Of a DNA stretch of 64,000 bases, positions 1-10,477 are shown piece after piece. The notes beneath the pieces were generated by a model, which was given only the letters and a program-made list of their open reading frames with translations, had not been told where the DNA came from and searched no databases. Positions within the stretch are counted from its first letter, which is position 1; each line of letters opens with the position of its first letter. Made by a program: the position numbers and the translations under genes. Location: the NCBI GenBank assembly GCA_039178805.1, contig JBCDFC010000001.1, forward strand, positions 534-64,533. The letters run 5' to 3'. The DNA comes from Pseudomonadota bacterium (GTDB lineage Bacteria > Pseudomonadota > Alphaproteobacteria > Rhodobacterales > Rhodobacteraceae).

Positions 1-127
1 GGGCACAGAAAGACTTGCCTTCAAGGCGTGATGCACGATTTATTGCTGCAGCTGCGTAATGCCTATGCTCGCGCGATGGTTGCTTGACGGTGCTTGAACC
101 CCGGCTCGCAAGGAAAAGGCTCAGCGC

Positions 128-1366
128 ATGCGCCTCCTTCAATGCGGCGTCGCCTTCAGCCCGAATGTGGGCGACGGGCTGATCGCCTCCTGCATGGCTT
201 ACGGGCTGGAACGGCTCATGCCCGGGGCCGAGATGCGCTCGCTCGATCTCGCGGGGCGGGAGGGCTTCGCAGCTCCCATCCGAGGTTCTGCCCGAGGCGG
301 TCTGATGGGACGCGCGGGGGCGCTTCGCGTCCTGCGAGAATTGCCGGGGCCCGCGCGACGCTTCGCGGTGCGGACGCATCTCCTCCGCCGACTTGCTGCG
401 ATCGAGCCCCAATGGACAGAGATGGTTGCCGAGGCGGACGCGGTGATCATTGGCGGCGGTCAACTCTTTGCCGATGCGGATCTCAACTTCCCGCTCAAGA
501 TCGGGCGCCTGGCTCAGATCCTTGCCGCGGCGGGCGTGCCGGTCGCGATTCACGCCGCAGGGGCGACGGCACGATGGAGCGATGAGGGCGCTGGTCTCTT
601 CGGCGCGCTGGAGCAGACGGCTCTTGTCGGGGTCGGGCTTCGCGACGACCGCTCGATCCAGCATTGGCGTGAGGAGGCAGGGTTCGGCCCGGCCCCTCGG
701 CTGGCGCTAGACCCCGGTCTCTTGACTGCCGACGCCTTTCCTTCGCCCCCACCAGCGCCCGATGCGCCGATAGGGCTCGGCATCGCCGACAGTACGCTCC
801 TCGCCTACCACGCCGAGGGTGGCGTCGCGGGCGGCGATATTGGCTTCCAGGCGGCACTGGCGGCAGCATTGGCCGGAGGCGAGGATGGCGGTGCGGTGCT
901 CCTCTTCTGCAATGGCGCCGAAGAGGATGCGCGGGCGCTCGATCGGGTGTTCGCGCATCCGTTGCTGTCGTCGCTTGTCCAGTCCGGGCGGGTGCGGGCG
1001 GCACCGCGGCCCCTGACGCCCGAAGCCTTGGCCCGGACGGTCGCCGGCTGCCGTGGGATCATCGCGCATCGCCTCCACGCCCTGATCGCCGCCCATGCCT
1101 ATGCTCGGCCGACCCTTGCCCTCGGCTGGGATGAGAAAGTCGCGAGTTTCCATGCCCTTGCTGGACGAGGGGCGTACACGGTGACCGATCCATCGGTGAC
1201 GCCCGATGCGACTGCCGCGATTGCCCGCCTGGCGTTGAGGCATCCTGTCGATCTTGCGGCTCGGGCGGCATTGGCGGACAGCGCGCTCGCCGACCTGGCC
1301 GAGACGCTGGCGCTGCTGGGCGTCGTCGCCGCCTCGCCCCTGGGTGCGGCTGGGCAGGTTGCATGA
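128..1366 (+). CDS. Polysaccharide pyruvyl transferase family protein
   Basis: Motifs N-V-G-D-G-L-I, IIGGGQLF, LRDDRS, DPGLL and AHRLHALIAA...GWDEKV are typical of the PS_pyruv_trans family; first gene of an EPS operon. Confidence 0.85.
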   Translation: MRLLQCGVAFSPNVGDGLIASCMAYGLERLMPGAEMRSLDLAGREGFAAPIRGSARGGLMGRAGALRVLRELPGPARRFAVRTHLLRRLAAIEPQWTEMVAEADAVIIGGGQLFADADLNFPLKIGRLAQILAAAGVPVAIHAAGATARWSDEGAGLFGALEQTALVGVGLRDDRSIQHWREEAGFGPAPRLALDPGLLTADAFPSPPPAPDAPIGLGIADSTLLAYHAEGGVAGGDIGFQAALAAALAGGEDGGAVLLFCNGAEEDARALDRVFAHPLLSSLVQSGRVRAAPRPLTPEALARTVAGCRGIIAHRLHALIAAHAYARPTLALGWDEKVASFHALAGRGAYTVTDPSVTPDATAAIARLALRHPVDLAARAALADSALADLAETLALLGVVAASPLGAAGQVA

Positions 1367-2601
1367 AAGCGCCGCGTATCGTGACGATCAACGACTTCAG
1401 CATCGCCCGCGGCGGGGCGACGGCCCTGGCGCTGTTGGCGTCTGAGCTGTTGGCTGAAGCGGGGCGCGAGGTCGTATATCTTTCTGGCGATGACGGTCGT
1501 GCCGAGCGGTTGGTGCAGGCGGGCATCGACAACCCGGGCCTGGGCGAGAAGCCGTTGCTGGCGCGTGGGCGGCCGGCGGCCTTCGCTGGTGGACTGTGGA
1601 ACCCGAATGCGGCGCGTTTCCTATCGGACTGGATCGCGCGCGAGGGGCGCGTCGATGATGTTTACCATCTGCATGGCTGGTCCCAGATCTTCTCCCCTGC
1701 CGTCTTCGCGGCCCTTGCGTCAGTGCGGTCGCGGCTGGTTGTCCATGCGCATGACTTCTTCCTCGCCTGTCCGAATGGCGCCTTTTGGGACTATGGGGCG
1801 GAGGCCACCTGCCATCGGCGGCCGCTTTCCTTCTCCTGTCTCAAGGCGCGATGCGACAGGCGATCCCATGTGCAGAAGTTCTGGCGTGCGGGGCGGCATG
1901 CGATCCGTCAGGGGGCGTTCGGTTTCGATGCGTCCGGCCCGGAGATCCTGCTGATCCACCGCGCTATGTCGCCGTTTTTTGAAAGGGCCGGCTTCTCTCC
2001 GGCGCGTCTCACGGTTCTGCCGAACCCGGTCGCCGAGGCTGTGGCGGCCCCGGTCTCGGCATCGGAGGCGCGCCATTTCGTCTTCGTCGGTCGGCTTGAC
2101 CCCGAGAAGGGGGCGCTGGCGGCGGCGCGCGCCGCGGTCGAGGCTGGTGTCGATCTGCGGCTGGTTGGGGAGGGGCCGGAGCGTCCTTCGATCGCAGCCC
2201 TTAGCCCGCCGCCCGTGATGACCGGGTGGTTGGAGCGCGGGGCGGTCACTGCCGAGATCCGGCGGGCAAGGGCGCTCGTCATGCCGTCGCGATATGCCGA
2301 ACCCTTCGGCCTCGTCGCGGTCGAGGCGCTTCGCCAGGGTGTGCCGGTGGTCTTGCCGGCCCACGCGCTGATCGCCCCCGATATCGCCGCGATGGGGGCC
2401 GCTGCGATCTACGACGCTTCCGTGCCGGATGCGCTGTCGGCGACGCTCCGAAGGCTTGCGACCGATGATCAGGCTGTCGCTGGGATGAGTGCGCGGGCAC
2501 CTGCAGCGGCGGCGGCGCTTGCGACCACACCCGAGGCGTGGCGCGATGGGCTCCTTGCGGCCTACCTTAGAACCGAAGGGCTGCCTTTCGCCGCGCAGTA
2601 A
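1363..2601 (+). CDS. Glycosyltransferase family 4 (GT-B)
   Basis: FVGRLDPEKG and EPFGLVAVEA motifs; HDFFLACP; ATGA overlap with the upstream gene. Confidence 0.9.
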   Translation: MKAPRIVTINDFSIARGGATALALLASELLAEAGREVVYLSGDDGRAERLVQAGIDNPGLGEKPLLARGRPAAFAGGLWNPNAARFLSDWIAREGRVDDVYHLHGWSQIFSPAVFAALASVRSRLVVHAHDFFLACPNGAFWDYGAEATCHRRPLSFSCLKARCDRRSHVQKFWRAGRHAIRQGAFGFDASGPEILLIHRAMSPFFERAGFSPARLTVLPNPVAEAVAAPVSASEARHFVFVGRLDPEKGALAAARAAVEAGVDLRLVGEGPERPSIAALSPPPVMTGWLERGAVTAEIRRARALVMPSRYAEPFGLVAVEALRQGVPVVLPAHALIAPDIAAMGAAAIYDASVPDALSATLRRLATDDQAVAGMSARAPAAAAALATTPEAWRDGLLAAYLRTEGLPFAAQ

Positions 2602-2617
2602 GCGGCCATGAAACCCG

Positions 2618-3538
2618 TCAGAGCTTCGCGGCGTGTTCCGGGTCGAGCCTGCCCGTCAGCGCGTGCGCTAGACCCAGGAGATTGCCGCGCAGGCGCCCCA
2701 AGCGATCCACCCAAGGTTCTGGCCGGGCCGAGCGCCAGGCGTTCGCCGCGATGTTCCGGCCGACCTGACGCAGGGCGCGCCACCCTGCGAAGGTTCCCTT
2801 CCGCCAGAGGTAGAGCGGGTTGATCACTTGCGAGTAGCCGAGCCTGAGCCCCGGCGTTCGCCCTGATTTCACGCCAAGATGGACGCCGCGCGCCTCAGCG
2901 CTTCGCAGGATTGACCCGTGCAGGGCGAGGCGGCGGGAGAAGTCGACATCTTCGAGCCAGGAGTAAAGCGGCAGCCGTTCGTCGAACCTGATCCCCGCTC
3001 CTGCCGCCGCATCGCGCCGCACCGCCATATTGCAACCGTAGCCATTATGCACGGGGATTGGGTCGATCTCCGAAGCAGATTGCGCGTCTGCGCGGTCTTC
3101 GCGAAGGATCGCATCTGCGTCTTCGATTGCGAGCCCGGGGCCCAAGATGCCGTCGGCGAGGACCGTGCCGGTGACCATGACGACATCGGGCCGGGTGGCC
3201 ATGAGTGTGCCGACGGCGCCGAGGTAGTTTTCGGCCGGCACGAAATCGTCGTCGAAGAAGACGATGACACTGCCCTCAGGCGCGCGTTCGAGGATGTCGT
3301 TGCGCTGACCTGAGGCGCCGGGGCGTTCGGTGACGATAACTTCCAGGGGCACGCGTTCGGTTGCAACCCCTTCAAGGTCCAACGGCCGAATGACCGAGAG
3401 CATGATCCTCTGCGGTGGGGGCTCGAGGGCATCCATATGACGGATGACCCGCGTCAGCGTCTCTGCCCTGCCCGTCGTGGCAATGCCGACGATCATGGGC
3501 GGGAGCTCGGTCGCGCCGGTCGAGAATGTCTCTTTCAT
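2618..3538 (-). CDS. Glycosyltransferase family 2 (GT-A)
   Basis: VGIATTGR, QRN, FFDDD (DxD), GCNMAVR and WLEDVDF motifs. Confidence 0.9.
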   Translation of the reverse strand: MKETFSTGATELPPMIVGIATTGRAETLTRVIRHMDALEPPPQRIMLSVIRPLDLEGVATERVPLEVIVTERPGASGQRNDILERAPEGSVIVFFDDDFVPAENYLGAVGTLMATRPDVVMVTGTVLADGILGPGLAIEDADAILREDRADAQSASEIDPIPVHNGYGCNMAVRRDAAAGAGIRFDERLPLYSWLEDVDFSRRLALHGSILRSAEARGVHLGVKSGRTPGLRLGYSQVINPLYLWRKGTFAGWRALRQVGRNIAANAWRSARPEPWVDRLGRLRGNLLGLAHALTGRLDPEHAAKL

Positions 3539-4710
3539 TCCGCGGCTCCTGCGATCGCTTGCTGCCCGGTGTCGACCGCCGCCGAGCCTGTCAGCACCGG
3601 TGCCCCAGCCCGCTCTTTCGCTGCCATGGCGCGGGCGACTTCGGTGGCGAAAGCCTCGCGGAAGCGGGATGCGCCGAAGCCTGCAGCGCCCGTTGCGACC
3701 TGGTGCGGGGACAAGCGCATCGTCTCGAACCGTTCGATCCCGGCGATGAGCGCTTCGACTGTCTGCTCGGCGAACAGCACACCCGTCCGCCCGTCGATGA
3801 CCGTGTCGCAGGCGCCGCCGCGGCCATAGGCGATCACGGGGCAGCCGGCCGCCATGGCCTCCACCGGCACAATGCCAAAGTCCTCTTCGCCCGGGAAAAC
3901 GAGCGCCTGCGCGCGGGCGTAGAGTTCTGCGAGTGCGGCGTTATCGACACGTCCGAGGAAGCGCACATTGTTGGGCGCCTTCGCCGCTAGCCGTTCCGCC
4001 ATCGGGCCGTCGCCGGCGACCGTTAGCGGCTTGCCAAGCCGTCGAAACGCCTCCACCGCGAGATCGACGCGCTTGTAGGGGACGAGTTGCGAGACCACGA
4101 GATAACCGCCATCGCGGGGAAGGCCCCGGGCGGCGGCATCTCGGAAACGGTCGAGATCGACCGGTGGATGCACCACCGACGCCTCCCGCCCATAGACCCT
4201 CGCAACACGTCGCGCGATGAAGGCGGAGTTGGCGACGAAACGGTCGACCCGTGCTGCGGTCGTGACGTCCCACTGCCTCAATCGGTGGGCCAGGTGGGAG
4301 AAGAGGGCGCGTTTCACCGGGCCGAGCGTCGCCCGGTATTGGGGATAGTGATCGTAGAGGTATCGCATCGGCGAGTGGCAGTAGCAGACATGCGTGGCAT
4401 CCGGATGCGCGATGACACCCTTCGCCGGGCCGGCCTCAGACGATATCACGAGATCGTAGTCGGTGAGATCCAGCTCCTCCAGGGCGCGCGGCATGAAGGG
4501 CAGGAAGAGCGCGTGATGCCGCCGCGCGCCCGGGAGGCGGCCGACGAATGTCTCGTAGACGGGTCGACTGTTGATCAGCGGCGATACCTGCGCTGGATCG
4601 TAGACATGAGTGTAGATGTCGGCATCCGGGTAGAGGCGGATCAGCTCTTCGAGCACTGCCTCGCCGCCGCGCATGCCGACGAGCCAGTAGTGAACGATGG
4701 CGGTTCGCAT
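3535..4710 (-). CDS. Glycosyltransferase family 4 (WbaZ-like)
   Basis: HYWLVGMRGGE, YCHSPMRY, LVPYKRVD and EDFGIVPVEAMAAG motifs. Confidence 0.9.
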   Translation of the reverse strand: MRTAIVHYWLVGMRGGEAVLEELIRLYPDADIYTHVYDPAQVSPLINSRPVYETFVGRLPGARRHHALFLPFMPRALEELDLTDYDLVISSEAGPAKGVIAHPDATHVCYCHSPMRYLYDHYPQYRATLGPVKRALFSHLAHRLRQWDVTTAARVDRFVANSAFIARRVARVYGREASVVHPPVDLDRFRDAAARGLPRDGGYLVVSQLVPYKRVDLAVEAFRRLGKPLTVAGDGPMAERLAAKAPNNVRFLGRVDNAALAELYARAQALVFPGEEDFGIVPVEAMAAGCPVIAYGRGGACDTVIDGRTGVLFAEQTVEALIAGIERFETMRLSPHQVATGAAGFGASRFREAFATEVARAMAAKERAGAPVLTGSAAVDTGQQAIAGAAE

Positions 4711-4839
4711 CGCTTTCCTCTCTGACGGGTTCAGGGAAAGCGGGCTTGAAGCCCGTGAGCGCCACGCATCTCACGGTTGAACTTAGCGTGGATGCTGCGA
4801 CGCGTCACGGGTCGGGAGCGCAAAACCACGCCATGCTGC

Positions 4840-4990
4840 GATGCAATATACCGGTCGTGATGAAAACTTCGGCAATGGTATAACTTATGATCATGAAAAG
4901 ATTTTTGTGAGGGTGCATTGCAAAATCGGCCCATCGCGAAGTTGACGAATCGAGCACACGTATAGATTGTGCATCGCACAGGCAGAGAGA
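4840..4990. promoter_or_regulatory. AT-rich divergent promoter region between the GT4 gene and the priming sugar transferase
   Basis: Locally AT-rich non-coding tract (e.g. ggtataacttatgatcatgaaaagatttttg) between divergent genes. Confidence 0.5.
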
Positions 4991-5001
4991 GGAGCTCTCG
5001 C

Positions 5002-5745
5002 ATGGCCAAGATGTCACGCATCAGCGTGAACGTGGCGCATGCGTACTGGGAGCGGGGCGACACCCCGCAGCGTTCTTCCCCAAGTTACACCCCTGAGCGT
5101 TTTGCCAGCAGGCTGGCGGACGTAGGCCCTGAGGGGGTCTATGCCGCTTATGGCAAACGCCTTTTCGACGTTGTCGGCAGTTTCGGTCTACTGGTGTTCT
5201 TCGGACCCGTTGTCCTGACCTTGTTGGCGCTGACGGCGCTTGATGGGGGGCGGCCGGTCTTTGGGCATCTTCGGATCGGTCGCAACGGGAGGCCCTTTCA
5301 CTGTCTTAAGATCCGGTCGATGGTCGTCGATGCGGATCGGGTGCTGCAGGAGCTGTTGGAGCGCGATCCGGTGCGGCGGGCGGAGTGGTACAGGGCCTAC
5401 AAGCTCGACGACGATCCGCGGATCACCAGACTTGGTGCCTTTCTCCGCAGATCGAGCTTGGATGAGCTGCCGCAGCTTCTGAACGTGCTGCGGGGCGAGA
5501 TGAGCCTTGTGGGACCGCGACCGGTGCCGGCGGTGGAGCTTGAGCGCTATGGGCGTGCGAGCGATGTCTACGCGAGCGTTCGCCCCGGGATCACCGGTCT
5601 TTGGCAGGTCGCCGGGCGCAACGATGTGAGCTATGCGCGTCGGGTTGCGATGGATGTCCACTATGTGCGCCAGCTCGGCTTCTGGCGCGATATCGGCATT
5701 CTCCTTGCAACGGTTGGCGCGATGCTCAACACTACCGGCAAGTGA
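5002..5745 (+). CDS. Priming sugar transferase (undecaprenyl-phosphate hexose phosphotransferase, ExoY-like)
   Basis: [40 protein letters not shown] and PGITGLWQV; start moved to ATG 5002 after SD agaggag. Confidence 0.92.
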   Translation: MAKMSRISVNVAHAYWERGDTPQRSSPSYTPERFASRLADVGPEGVYAAYGKRLFDVVGSFGLLVFFGPVVLTLLALTALDGGRPVFGHLRIGRNGRPFHCLKIRSMVVDADRVLQELLERDPVRRAEWYRAYKLDDDPRITRLGAFLRRSSLDELPQLLNVLRGEMSLVGPRPVPAVELERYGRASDVYASVRPGITGLWQVAGRNDVSYARRVAMDVHYVRQLGFWRDIGILLATVGAMLNTTGK

Positions 5746-5927
5746 TTGGTGGCCGGCGGCTTATGACGAGCCGGCACGAAACCGTTGTGTTTCGGTTGGT
5801 TGTTTGACCGGCCACCGCGTTAGCCGGAGCCCGTTGATTAGGGTCGTGGCCGATTTCTAGGTCACGTCCCCCCACTCGGAAGCGAGGTCGAGGAGCGGGT
5901 CGCCGGCGGAGCCGGTGGGGTGCCCGC

Positions 5928-6071
5928 ATGAAGGATTTTGACGACGACGACCACCGTCGGTCAGCCTCCGACGAGACGGTGAACGCGCCGAAGCGGAGTT
6001 TCTTGGCGAGCCCGATCCTGTGGCTTGCCTCGATCGTTTTCTGGGCAGGCGTCCTCTATCTGGTGTTGTGA
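5928..6071 (+). CDS. Small 47-aa membrane protein missing from the ORF track (MKDFDDDDHRR...PILWLASIVFWAGVLYLVL)
   Basis: Hand-translated ATG 5928 to TGA 6071; charged N-terminus and one C-terminal hydrophobic helix; host-like codon usage. Confidence 0.6.
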   Translation: MKDFDDDDHRRSASDETVNAPKRSFLASPILWLASIVFWAGVLYLVL

Positions 6072-6228
6072 GATTGGATCGCTATGCGATGTGAGCGTGG
6101 CGATGGTGCCCCATCGCTCGGCCTTCCGAGGCACTGGCATCTCGTTTCCATAGCGCTTGAAGGCAGAACATGCGGAGGGATGGCGGGGTTCGTCGATCTC
6201 AGATGCCGCGTCGCATCGATCGCTGCAG

Positions 6229-7554
6229 CTACTTCGTGAAGCCGATCGCCTCGGCCAGGTGGGTAAGATCGGCGGCGCTGATCTTGCCCGTCGGCGAGCG
6301 AGGCAGCGCATCGACGAAGACGATCCGTCTCGCGATGAAGACCGGGTCGCAGCGGCGGTCGAAGTGTTGTCTGATCTCGGAGCGGAAGGTGTCGTCCGAG
6401 GCCGCGTGGGCGCCGTCGCGCACAGCGGCGATGGCGAGCCGGTCGCCATCCTCATTGGGCAGGTGAAGTACCACACCGTCCTTCAGCCCGGGTGTCTCGT
6501 CTAGGATGAGGTTGAGCGCTGCGAGGCTGATCCGCTTGCCATGCACGCTCACCATGTCGCCGACGCGGCCGACTAGCGAGAATCGACCATCGGGCTCAAC
6601 CGACACATCGTCGCCGAGCGGCACGGGCTCAGGCAGATGCGGGGCGTGGGCGAGCCAGCCGGACGGGGTTTCTTCGAGCGAGAAGCCAGCCTCCAGCGAC
6701 CAGAGTGGACCGTCGGTGGTTCGCCTCAGCGCCATCGACCCGGTCTCGGTGCTGCCATAGATCTCCATGACGCTGAGATCGCCCCGCACCTCGAGCCGCT
6801 CGGCGAGTGAAAGCGGCAGGGGTGCCGTGGCCGAGATCACCGCCCGCACGTCCGCGCTCTCCAACACCGCGCGTTCCAGATAGCGCAGATGCGCGGGGCT
6901 TGTGACGAGCACGATGCTGTCAAAGCCTGCGCGTCGTGCAGCTTCTCGCGCCGCCTCGAAATCCGCCGTGTAGAAGGGTGTGCCGCGGAAGATCGGATAG
7001 CCATGCGCGAGCGCCGCAAAGATGGTCGCCTCGAGGCCATACATGTGCTGATGCGGGGTCGTGCCGATGAGCGCCGTGCGGCCCGGTGGCAGATCGAGGC
7101 TGCGTAGGATCGTCGCCGTGATGGCGGCGCCGGAGGCCAGGATGTTCCAGGTCTTCGTATGGCGGCGCGGGCTTTTGGTGGTGCCTGATGTGAAGACCGT
7201 GATCGGTGTCGTGGCGTGGCGAAGATCGTCGAAGAGCCGCGCTGCCCCGTGTTCGGTGCCCGACGCGTTGGCATCGAGGCTTAGTGGACGATCATGGAGG
7301 ACGAGCGGGCTTTCGGCATGCTGGAGAGCCGCTGCCACCGCTTCTGGCGCTGTGTGGGGCGGCAGCACCGTGCCGCGCGAGTGCTTTAGGCTGGCGGCGA
7401 GGGCTGCCATGAACCCGTAGCGGTCCGGCAGCATGTTGCAGACATCGCTGACCTCATCGAGCTGAGCCTCGAAGGCCGCCACGTCTTCGGCGAATGTGCC
7501 CCAGGTGATTGTGCCGCTCTCAGAGAAGCAGAGGATCTGATCGGCGGCCACCAT
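6229..7554 (-). CDS. AMP-dependent aryl-acid ligase (XanA2/ApeH-like starter-unit loading enzyme)
   Basis: FTSGTTKSP, PHQHMYGLE, ISATAPL, EIYGSTETG and GRVGDMV motifs; start placed at ATG 7554, just after the upstream stop. Confidence 0.85.
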   Translation of the reverse strand: MVAADQILCFSESGTITWGTFAEDVAAFEAQLDEVSDVCNMLPDRYGFMAALAASLKHSRGTVLPPHTAPEAVAAALQHAESPLVLHDRPLSLDANASGTEHGAARLFDDLRHATTPITVFTSGTTKSPRRHTKTWNILASGAAITATILRSLDLPPGRTALIGTTPHQHMYGLEATIFAALAHGYPIFRGTPFYTADFEAAREAARRAGFDSIVLVTSPAHLRYLERAVLESADVRAVISATAPLPLSLAERLEVRGDLSVMEIYGSTETGSMALRRTTDGPLWSLEAGFSLEETPSGWLAHAPHLPEPVPLGDDVSVEPDGRFSLVGRVGDMVSVHGKRISLAALNLILDETPGLKDGVVLHLPNEDGDRLAIAAVRDGAHAASDDTFRSEIRQHFDRRCDPVFIARRIVFVDALPRSPTGKISAADLTHLAEAIGFTK

Positions 7555-7558
7555 CGGG

Positions 7559-8185
7559 TCAAAGCTCGATCTTCGACCATGCATTGGGATCTGCCATGGC
7601 GCGGATCGTATCGAAGCAGCTTTCGGGCCGCCCATACCGGGTCTGCGCATATACATGGGTGGCGACAAACCAGACCGCCTGGAAGACGAGCATGATGGCG
7701 ATGGCAGTACCAAGCTCCTCTCGCCACTGCGCGAGTATCATGGCAGCCGTACCAAGCGTAGCGGTGACGGCCGCTAGCACGGCCCAGATCCAGCACTGCC
7801 CGTGGGCGTAGCGTTGGAAGGCCGCCGATCCGTCAGGGCCCATGCCGGTCAGCCGGATGATCTGCGTGATCACGCTCGTCCGACCGGGCAGCAGTCCGCA
7901 GGCAAAGACATAGGCGATAACCCCATTGATCAGGGCAACGGCGAGATACGGCGTGAGCGCCACACCCGGCAACGCGAAGACGGCGCCTATCGAGACTGCC
8001 GCGAGCGCGATGGCGACAGCATTGGCCCGCGCGGTGCCAAAGCCGAGGCGGCTGAGCGTCGACCGAAGGATGAACGCGACGGCCACCGAAAAGACCGTGT
8101 CGAGCACCCATCGCTCGATCATATCGAACTCGAACAGCAGCAGGCCGCCCACGATCAGCAGAGGTGGCGCAAGGCTCCGGAACAT
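7559..8185 (-). CDS. Aryl-polyene cluster integral membrane protein (COG4648/ApeG-like)
   Basis: Multiple TM helices, FACGLLPGRTSVIT...RYAHGQCWIW pattern, position next to the ACP. Confidence 0.65.
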   Translation of the reverse strand: MFRSLAPPLLIVGGLLLFEFDMIERWVLDTVFSVAVAFILRSTLSRLGFGTARANAVAIALAAVSIGAVFALPGVALTPYLAVALINGVIAYVFACGLLPGRTSVITQIIRLTGMGPDGSAAFQRYAHGQCWIWAVLAAVTATLGTAAMILAQWREELGTAIAIMLVFQAVWFVATHVYAQTRYGRPESCFDTIRAMADPNAWSKIEL

Positions 8186-8195
8186 GGCGCTTGGA

Positions 8196-8483
8196 TCAGG
8201 TCTTTCGATGAGCGGCGATATGGGCCGCGAGTGCGTCCAGCGACGCGAAGATCTTGCCATTGAGCTCATCATCCGAGCGTAGCTTGATCTCGTATTTCTG
8301 CGCGATGGCGAAGGCGAGCTCCAACGCATCGATTGAGTCAAGACACAACCCGTCGCCGAAAAGCGGGGCGTAGGGGTCGATCTCGGCCGGATCGACGTCA
8401 TCGAGCGTCAGTGTCTCGACGATCAGCTCCGCAATCTCAGCCCTGAAAGCCGGGTCAACGCCGGATCTGATTTCGTCGCGCAT
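8196..8483 (-). CDS. Acyl carrier protein
   Basis: PLFGDGLCLDSIDALEL phosphopantetheine Ser motif; 95 aa, acidic. Confidence 0.93.
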   Translation of the reverse strand: MRDEIRSGVDPAFRAEIAELIVETLTLDDVDPAEIDPYAPLFGDGLCLDSIDALELAFAIAQKYEIKLRSDDELNGKIFASLDALAAHIAAHRKT

Positions 8484-8484
8484 G

Positions 8485-9759
8485 TCATCCCACCTTGGCG
8501 GCGCCCCTTGCCCGGAAGATCCAATATATCGCCTTGAACAATCCAATGCGCAGTCGAAGGCGCGGATCGGTGCTAAAATCGCCCGCGAGAAGCGATATCA
8601 CTGCCTGTTCAATACCCAGCAGATTTCTCGGGTTCAACATCAAATGGCGGAAGGCGGGATCGTGGATGCTGTAGATGAACCACGAGACGAAGCTGAGACG
8701 GCGTTCGATCCGCCGGTCGTAGCGCTCGAGGAGACGTTTGCGCTGCTTGGGCTTGTTTAGCGCCTCGAGCACGATATCGGCCGCCTGTGTGCCGCTGGTG
8801 AGCGAGAGATGCACACCCGTGGAGAAGATCGGGTCGATGAAGCCGTAGGCATCGCCCACCCTGACATGGCTCGGGCCATAGGCGCGGGTGGCGCGGTAGG
8901 AGAAGTTGCCGGTGGCGCGGAGCGGTTCCACGGGCTCGGCATTCTCAAGGATCCGCGCGAATTCCGGGTTGCGGCTGGTGCGGTCGCGGAAGAAGGCTTC
9001 GAGCGAGTTCCCGCGCTCCCCAATCTTGTCGCGCGGTGCGACGAGGCCGAGCGACGTAACACCGTCTGAGAGCGGGATCTGCCACATCCAGCCGGGATCG
9101 TTGAGATAGATGCGGATGTTGCCGCCGCGCGCGCCTTCGTGCCGGGGTACACCCCGGAAATGACCAAAGATCGCGGCCGAAGTGTTGCGCGGATCGGGGC
9201 GTTTCTCAGCCCCGCGTTTGGCCGTGACGGTCGAGCGGCCGGATGCGTCGACCAGAAACTTCGCCTCGAAGAACTGCTCACTGCCGTCGGCGCCTCGAAG
9301 GGCGACCTGCGCGGCGTCATCGTCGCATGAAACGACCTCGGCCATGGTCTCTTCGAGGGCGATGGCGCCCGCTTCCTGGGCCCGCTGAAACAGCAGATGA
9401 TCGAAGCGGTCGCGGCGCACTTGATAGGCGTGACGCGGGCCATCGAAGAGCGCGCGATCAAAGTTGAAGACGACGGTCTTGCCGCCATCCTCGCGAATGA
9501 ACTCCGCCCCCGGTTTCATCACGCCGATCTCTGCGACCCGCTCGCGCACGCCGAGGCGGTCGAGGAGCGTGAGGCTATGCGGCAGGAGCGACTCGCCGAT
9601 ATGAAAACGCGGATGGCGGTCCTTCTCCACGATCACGACCTTGAGCCCCGCTTCGGCGAGCAAGGTCGCCGTGGCGGAGCCGCCCGGCCCGCCGCCAAGC
9701 ACGAGGACATCGCAGGTCTCGACTTTCTGTCCAACAAGGTTTGGCTGATGCTTCGTCAT
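8485..9759 (-). CDS. FAD-dependent halogenase (xanthomonadin-type)
   Basis: GGGPGG, PRFHIGESL, conserved Lys in MKPGA, halogenase signature WMWQIP and GDAYGFIDPIFSTGV. Confidence 0.85.
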   Translation of the reverse strand: MTKHQPNLVGQKVETCDVLVLGGGPGGSATATLLAEAGLKVVIVEKDRHPRFHIGESLLPHSLTLLDRLGVRERVAEIGVMKPGAEFIREDGGKTVVFNFDRALFDGPRHAYQVRRDRFDHLLFQRAQEAGAIALEETMAEVVSCDDDAAQVALRGADGSEQFFEAKFLVDASGRSTVTAKRGAEKRPDPRNTSAAIFGHFRGVPRHEGARGGNIRIYLNDPGWMWQIPLSDGVTSLGLVAPRDKIGERGNSLEAFFRDRTSRNPEFARILENAEPVEPLRATGNFSYRATRAYGPSHVRVGDAYGFIDPIFSTGVHLSLTSGTQAADIVLEALNKPKQRKRLLERYDRRIERRLSFVSWFIYSIHDPAFRHLMLNPRNLLGIEQAVISLLAGDFSTDPRLRLRIGLFKAIYWIFRARGAAKVG

Positions 9760-9760
9760 C

Positions 9761-10477
9761 TCACGTCGTCCCGCCATCCACAGTGATCATTTGACCCGAA
9801 ATGTAACTTGCCTTTTCGGAAACCAGAAACGCTACGACTGCGGCAATTTCCTCCGGGGTGCCCGCGCGGCGGGCTGGGGAGAGATCCGCCAGCGCTTGGA
9901 AGTTGTCGAGCGCGCGCGTCTCCGGCGTCTCGATCAAACCGGGCGCCACCACATTCGCCGTCAGGCCGCGCGAGGCGTATTCGCGCGTGAGCGATTTCAT
10001 CATGGCAAGCATGCCGCCTTTGGCCGCCGCATAATTCGTCTGACCGCGATTGCCGATCACAGCGGTGAGCGACGAGATCGCGACGATGCGACCGAAGCGG
10101 GAGCGGATCATCGGCATAATGATCGGGCGTAGCGCCGTGAAAAGCGTGTTCAGGTTGAGATCGACCACATCATGCCAGTCCTCGGGCGACATGGCAGCGA
10201 ACGGCACATCCCGCTGACCGCCGATTGCGTGCACGAAGACTTGGAAGGGGTTGGCGGTCGCCATCTCCTCCAGCGTGGTACTTGCGCCCGGGTCGCGCAG
10301 ATCGAGCGCCATCGCTTCGCCGCTGCCACCGGTGTTGCATATGCGCTCGACCGCGGCCTCCGCAGCCGTGAGGTTGCGATTTGCGTGGACGACTACGTGC
10401 AACCCATCGGCGGCCAGAGCCTCGGCAATCGTCGAGCCGATGTAGCCCGAGCCGCCGGTGACGAGCGCGCGCTTCAT
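9761..10477 (-). CDS. fabG: 3-oxoacyl-ACP reductase
   Basis: TGGSGYIG, GNRGQTNYAAAKGG (YxxxK) and VAPGLIET; real start is ATG 10477. Confidence 0.92.
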   Translation of the reverse strand: MKRALVTGGSGYIGSTIAEALAADGLHVVVHANRNLTAAEAAVERICNTGGSGEAMALDLRDPGASTTLEEMATANPFQVFVHAIGGQRDVPFAAMSPEDWHDVVDLNLNTLFTALRPIIMPMIRSRFGRIVAISSLTAVIGNRGQTNYAAAKGGMLAMMKSLTREYASRGLTANVVAPGLIETPETRALDNFQALADLSPARRAGTPEEIAAVVAFLVSEKASYISGQMITVDGGTT

